A stretch of DNA of 64,000 bases from the NCBI RefSeq assembly GCF_032191835.1, contig NC_083239.1:32922001-32986000 (forward strand), read 5' to 3'. This DNA is from Heteronotia binoei (Eukaryota). Under the pieces are notes generated by a model. That model saw only the letters and a program-made list of their open reading frames with translations, was not told the origin of the DNA and did no database searches. Positions 51,200 to 64,000 of this stretch are shown piece after piece (within the stretch, counting starts at the first letter, position 1; the number at the start of each line of letters is the position of its first letter). The position numbers and the translations under genes were made by a program.

Positions 51200-51362
51200 T
51201 CTGCAGCACTGAAAGAGTTAAACCAAGCGAGCTGTTTGCTAGAGAGGTCAAGCAAGGAGGAGGGTGGAAAGGCTCTTTTCCTGTGGAGGGGGAGGGGTGG
51301 GCTTCCGCGGAAGAGAACGGGGGAAAGCCGGACAGTCGGATCCTGGGAAGGTCTCCTCACAG
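51200..51362 (+). promoter_or_regulatory. Putative promoter and non-coding exon 1, gene D
   Basis: Paralog-conserved block, donor CACAG|GTAAA. Confidence 0.68.
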
Positions 51363-52676
51363 GTAAAACGTGCGGTGGTGGAGGAGGGATAAGCTCTTAA
51401 ATCTTGCAAAAGAGGGATGCCGGCTGCCATGCATGGATTCAGGCGTTGGTCTGAACCAATAGAACAAAGTCCAACTCTAGCGGCACCTTTAAGACCAACG
51501 AATGTTTATTCAAGGAAAAAGCTTTGGTGTGCACTCCCACGCATCTCATATACGTGGGAGTTAGCTTAGCAGTCCATACCTATAGGTAGGGAGGGGGGAG
51601 TTCCAAATTAGCATATAACATAATGAAGATGTTTACCAGATTCCAGGACCAAACAGGAACCACAAGCTTAGTTTATATGTTTGGGTTTAATTCCAGAGGG
51701 GGGAACATAAATATATCAGAACTGGAGATTGATGGGGAGATGTATTCTTCTTCTGAGTAGACAATATTGAGTAGACAATACTGACTTTGATGGACTGAGG
51801 GTCTGATTCAGTATAAGGCAGCTTCATTATGGAATGCTCAGGTTGTTCTCTCCCATCTTATCTCCTCTCAAGATTAATGCAGCGTCTCTTATATTCTTAA
51901 TTACTCAGGGGCTTTAAATCCTTTCCGAGTGTGAGCTTCTGACGTATGTTAGCTGCCTTGGTGGCCCTTGTAGGGACAGAGAGGTGGGATCTGAGTTTTG
52001 TAAATGAAAATTGGTTCTTAGCTGTAGGGGTCTTAGGGAGGCCCAGAAAGGAGTCCCATGCCTGATCAGGAGGGGAGGGGTCCTTCATGCCAGCTGGCTC
52101 CTTCACATACAATGCATTTCAGCCAGTGTTCCTCTCCGCACCCCGCCCGACCTTCCCATGGGGGTTCACTGCCTCTTCCTCCTCCTGTTCACCCAGGTGG
52201 CCTCTCTGCTCTGACCTTGGGAGGCTGGACAACCACTCTGCTGGCTGCTTGGACGAGAGCTATTGCCTGTTGGGGAGATATCAGCCGATAATAGTCACTT
52301 TATCCAGGGCTCCCGTTTACACTGAGACGTAGCCCCTAGGACAGACTGATTTCTCAGTCACTTAAAGCCAAGATCCTCTACAGACCTTTAAAGAGCCAAA
52401 TGGAGAACATTTCCTTTCCTGAAGGACCAAACAGGCATATCAAACAAAACTTGATGCACAATATAGCACATTTACATTAGTCCTGGTCTGCAAACTGCAA
52501 CAGTAACACTCTTTCTGATCCCACCAGGTCAGTCCTTTGGTGCCCCTTGAGCAGGGCCAGTGATGTAGCTCTCTTCTCTTTTGGTTTCTTTCTGCATCTT
52601 TTAAATTTCCTTTCCTCCTCTTAGCCATTTGAGTAAAGGTATCTTTCCACAAGGCAACCCAAGAGAAGGGAAGGAG

Positions 52677-59625
<6,949 letters not shown>

Positions 59626-61404
59626 CCCAGAGTAGTGAAACTCATTTGTTATGAGGGCCGGGTGGGACATAAATGTCACTTTGTCTGACTGAGCCATGTG
59701 TGCCATAAAACGTAATACCAGTACCAGAGATATAAACTTCAGAAGGGACACGGGAAAATCCCATTTACGGTATTATTTTTTTACGCAGAATATTAAAAAG
59801 CTTACAATATTTCCTTTATTTAACTGTTTTTGAAAACTAGCATATCTTGTTCTGAATTTCTGCTTGAAAATTTGGAGACAGCATCTGTGCTGTAGCAATC
59901 TTTAGTATGTTCAGTTTTGTATCTTTAAGCTAAGAATGCCCTTTTGATTTCTGGACATGTATTACAGAAAAAAAAATCTGTGCTGTGGCAAACACATTGG
60001 AGGCTCTGGAGGTAGGACAGAAGGAAGAATATCTCCCTGGCAGCTGAGCCCACCTCTAGCAACCTTGGGTCGCAGGCAGAGCTCAGCTCCTTGACTGATA
60101 GTTTGTCATTCAGCCTGCAAAGCAAACTGGCTCAGCAAACAAAACAGACAAGCTGTTCAGCCAGTGGGACTGGGTTGAAGCAAGACCCAACCTTGCAGGC
60201 AACTGGCCTCAGAGGAGACAACCTTTCTCTGGAAAAAAGATCTGTCCCCTTCACACACAATCCTGTCCCATAATACTTTTAAAAATAGCATTTCAATTTA
60301 TACACTTTTTACAACATTAGGCATGTAGATCAACTTTAATGACATATTTTCAGTGTCATACAATTGATCTTTTGTGACTTGTATAGATTTTCTAGTCTTT
60401 CAGATTTCTAACATAACAACTTTGTTTCCTCTTCAAGTTAAACCCTACACTAATAAACCTCTATGTTTGAAGTGCATTTTTTTTACTCAGAGATAATCTT
60501 ATTATCTTGTCTTTACTTTTTCTTGCCTAATGGATAAAGAGGAAAAAAAGCTCGGAATCTCAGTATAATTTGAGGGTGGGGGGATGCTGCTGTTGAATTA
60601 TTCTGAAACATTATTCTCAAACAAAAACCCTAAAGGCTGTAAGCTGCCCTGAGCCAACTTGCGGGATAGGGTAGGATATACTGTAAATCTAAAAATTAAA
60701 TTAAATAAAACTTCAGTATGAATGTTCTCAGGTGAGCAGTTTTCTGCTCACACAGAGATTATCTTCTCCCTCCTCAACACATATCTCACATCCACTCTCA
60801 TTTGGCGTGTCTTTACTGTTTTGTCAGGTGAAGTCTTAGCATCTAATTCTGCTCACTCTCTTCTCGGGCTGTGAAGCCAGCAAAGTTACTCCTGGAAGAC
60901 TGAAAAGCTCCCAGCAATTTCTCTAGTAAACACCCCCGCCCCTCCAAAAAGAAAGAAAAACTCTAATCCCTGCTGGGAGGAGGTGGGGACTAACCTACAG
61001 GTTTGCTCCCTAATGTGAATTCTTCCTTGGGGGTTTTCACTAGGCCAACTCCTGGCCCCTGTGTTATCTTGCTGAATGTGGATTTAGGAAATGTTCACCA
61101 TAGTTTTCCCTATGGGTCCAAAGAACCAAGGAAATATGCCCGATGGTCTTATTGTGCGGGGTATTTAGTGTTGGGGTATAGAGAAAGACTATATGTTTAG
61201 TGGGGGAAGGTGCTGTCAAGTTACAGCAGACATGGCAGTCCCATAAGTAAGAGACAGACAGGGCTGTATAAAGTTTCTTAAAGAGTATCATATCCATAGG
61301 TGCTATGGTGCCCTCCAGTGTCTTTCCTGATGCCCACCTGTTTCTTCCCAAAATAACTAATCCAGCCTTTCTTCCACATCATTGGATTAGGAAGTGCTTT
61401 AGAA

Positions 61405-61560
61405 CAGTGGTTCCCAACCTTTTTGGCACCAGGGACCGGTTTTGTGGAAGACAATTTTTCCACGGACCAGTGTGTGTGTGTGGGGGTGGGCTGTGGTTTT
61501 TGTCACCCCAGGCCGACACCGCCCCCCTGGCCATGCTCCCCCATGGGGATCTTTAAATGA
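61405..61560 (+). mobile_element. hAT-Charlie terminal fragment (MER1/Charlie3-like)
   Basis: CAGTGGTTCCCAACCTTTTTGGCACCAGGGACCGGTTTTGTGGAAGACAATTTTTCCACGGAC after CTTTAGAA; absent from the paralogous site near 47297; right limit uncertain. Confidence 0.75.
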
Positions 61561-63076
61561 GAGGTAGGCGAAGGTCACTACTGTACTGCCCCTACTGCCT
61601 GCTCAGAACCTGGGCGGATGAAAGAGGTGGTGTTTCAGAGTGAGGCTGCAGTTAGTACGTTTCCTTTAAATGTTTGTTAGTATGTTTCCTTTAAGAACCT
61701 TTCTTGCAGCAGCTGAAGTTATTTAAGGGCTGGATTTGGTGTTCTTTCATTAGAGAACCGCTATTGCCATTGGAAGTAATTTACTAGCGCGTACACTTTC
61801 TGAGTATTGGGTGAGTTGCGTGTTGTAAATAATGTTTTTGTAATGATTTTCGTTTGTCAAAAACACTGAAGCACAGGGTTTTTTTTACCTAGGAAACGTT
61901 ATTACTGCTTCATCGTAAGTTCTTCATTCATATACTTCAAGTCTTCACTTTGTTCTATAGCAGTATCATCTTTGTACAACTACATTGCTACTGCTTCAGA
62001 GAGGTCTCCGCACCTGCAAGGATATTTCATTTTCAAAAAAATTTCATCCTTGATGGGACTCTCTTAGTGATTCATATATAATATTGACCCATTGTTTCTT
62101 TGCCTAGCCAGCGTGAGCATTTGTATTCCTTTGAATGAATGCGTGCTTATTGCTTTGAACTGTATGTTTTCTGTAAATTGTGCAATTCATTAATTTGTAT
62201 TGAATTTGTGAATACTAAATAAATGGACTTTCAGAAGCATTAAGTTGTGGGATTTTCGTAATGTTGATTAGTTTCAGGAATTGTGACTAATTGTTAAGTT
62301 GTGGGATTTTTGTAATGTTGATGAGTTTCAGGAATTGTGACTAATTGTTAAGACATATTAGTGAACATGGGTTTCTCCAGGCTTCCAATCTAGCTGTGTT
62401 CTTTCCCGTTTGGTTGGCCCACCTGGGGATTGGCAGCCCTAGATGGGTCACTGGCCTGATCCAACATGGCTTCTCTTATGTTCTTAACCCACGCCCCTCC
62501 CTCCCAGTTATTCTATTTGGAATTTGCTCCAATGAAGTGCTTGAGACATGATTGTCTTTTTGGAATGTGACAGAGTTGTGATGATGCCTCTTCGGCAAAG
62601 ACAGAAGGAGAACTAAACATCATCTCCTTTCTAGAATAGTCTTTATTGAATATTGGGATTGTACAGCACTTTATAGAAAGAATTTGTGAGAACTGGAAAC
62701 ACAGTTTACGGACCTTCTTACTGGACCTGACAGAATAAAGTATACTGCAGAATTGATGAACTTTTGTATGAACTTTGCTGAAGGTGAATTTTGATACAAG
62801 CTGTATTTCTACTAATAGAGTTGCTAATTGCATAAGTTCATTACTTAGTTACTGTCACAGCTTTTGTCTTTACCTACCTGGAGGCTAGCAACCCGATGGA
62901 TGTTAGAATGACTGATGCCCGCCCCAGACTCTACAGCATTATACTCCATTGAGGTGCCCCCCCCAATTATCCCTAAGCCCCCCCACTTCCAATCTCCAGG
63001 AATTTCCCACCCCAGAGCTGAAAATCCTCTGCAGAGCTTTTGACTGAGCAAAGGCAATGTGCTGAATAGCTCTGGG

Positions 63077-63244
63077 CAGGGGTGGAATTCTAGCAGGAGC
63101 TCCTTTGCATATTAGGCCACACACCCCTGATGTAGCCAATCCTCCAAGAGCTTACAAAAAGCCTTGTAAGCTCTTGGAGGATTGCCTACATCAGGGGTAT
63201 GTGGCCTAATATGCAAAGGGGCTCCTGCTAGAATTCCACCCCTG
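63077..63244. mobile_element. Palindromic hAT MITE
   Basis: CAGGGGTGGAATTCTAGCAGGAG...CTCCTGCTAGAATTCCACCCCTG, perfect TSD GCTCTGGG. Confidence 0.9.
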
Positions 63245-64000
63245 GCTCTGGGGTTCACAAAGTTGATTTGAGCATGTGGGGTAGAAGGTTGAGACTGTTG
63301 GACTCCCAGGAGCAGGGATTGGGGGGAGGCTGCCTTGTCATCATGTGGCAGCCTCTTGCACACATTTAATTTCTTTATCTCTCTGCTTCTTCTTTCCCCA
63401 TTGGTGATCCAAAGCGACTTATGACGTGGCTCTCCCCTCCTCCTTTCTTTTATCTGGGGATGGAGCCTGGAGAGGACAGGGACCTCAGTGGGGTACAATG
63501 CCAGAGAGCATCCATTTTCTCCAAGCGGATAATGATCTCTGCAGTTTGGAGATAAACTGTAATTCTTGGGGATCTCCAGAGACGCTTTGGTGCTTTGGTG
63601 GGTGGGCTCTGGCACTGAACCCTACTGAGGTCCCTGTCCTGCCCAGGCTCCAGCCCCAAATAAAAGGGAGGAGGAGAAGGGGAGAACCAGGTTTTTGGCT
63701 GTCATTCCACTTTGCACCCTGCCATCCCAACGCTTCTACTAACCCCAGTCGAGAAGAGGAGAGTGCTGTAAGCTGCTTTGGATCCCCACTGGAGAGAAAG
63801 GAGGGGGTATAAGTGGATTAAATATCGTTTCTTAACATGTCTCATATGCTACGACCTTTTCGTGATGTCAATTTAATGTTTTCATGCTTTAGTCTTCTTC
63901 CTTCATTAGTTTTTTATTGTACTTTTGTTTCTCTTCTCCACAAGAGAGAGCAGAGAGGCCTCTGCTTTCTCTGGGCATTCCTGCTGTGTAACAACCTAAG

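Overview
Vertebrate genomic DNA, inferred from its SINE and MITE content to be a gecko-like squamate. It holds a cluster of four paralogous SCAN-KRAB-C2H2 zinc-finger genes. Gene A is on the minus strand with its zinc-finger exon just left of the window; genes B, C and D are on the plus strand with complete spliced ORFs of 915, 744 and 772 aa. All four share one exon plan: non-coding exon 1, SCAN, 115 nt, 71 nt, 127-nt KRAB-A, ~126 nt, ZF exon. Between the divergent genes A and B lies a young Tf1/sushi-type Ty3/Gypsy chromovirus (12400-17993) with a self-priming PBS and a PEG10-like -1 frameshift pseudoknot. The rest is dense with hAT and Harbinger MITEs, L1, L2 and CR1 fragments, and tRNA- and 5S-derived SINEs. 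The standout is a 1339-bp composite hAT element (6583-7921, 8-bp TSD) that carries a captured CpG-island segment with the first coding exon of CEP164. It is inserted into an L2 in intron 1 of gene A, in the same orientation as the gene. All of this was read by eye without databases: repeat family names and homologies come from memory, and the ends of old repeats are approximate.
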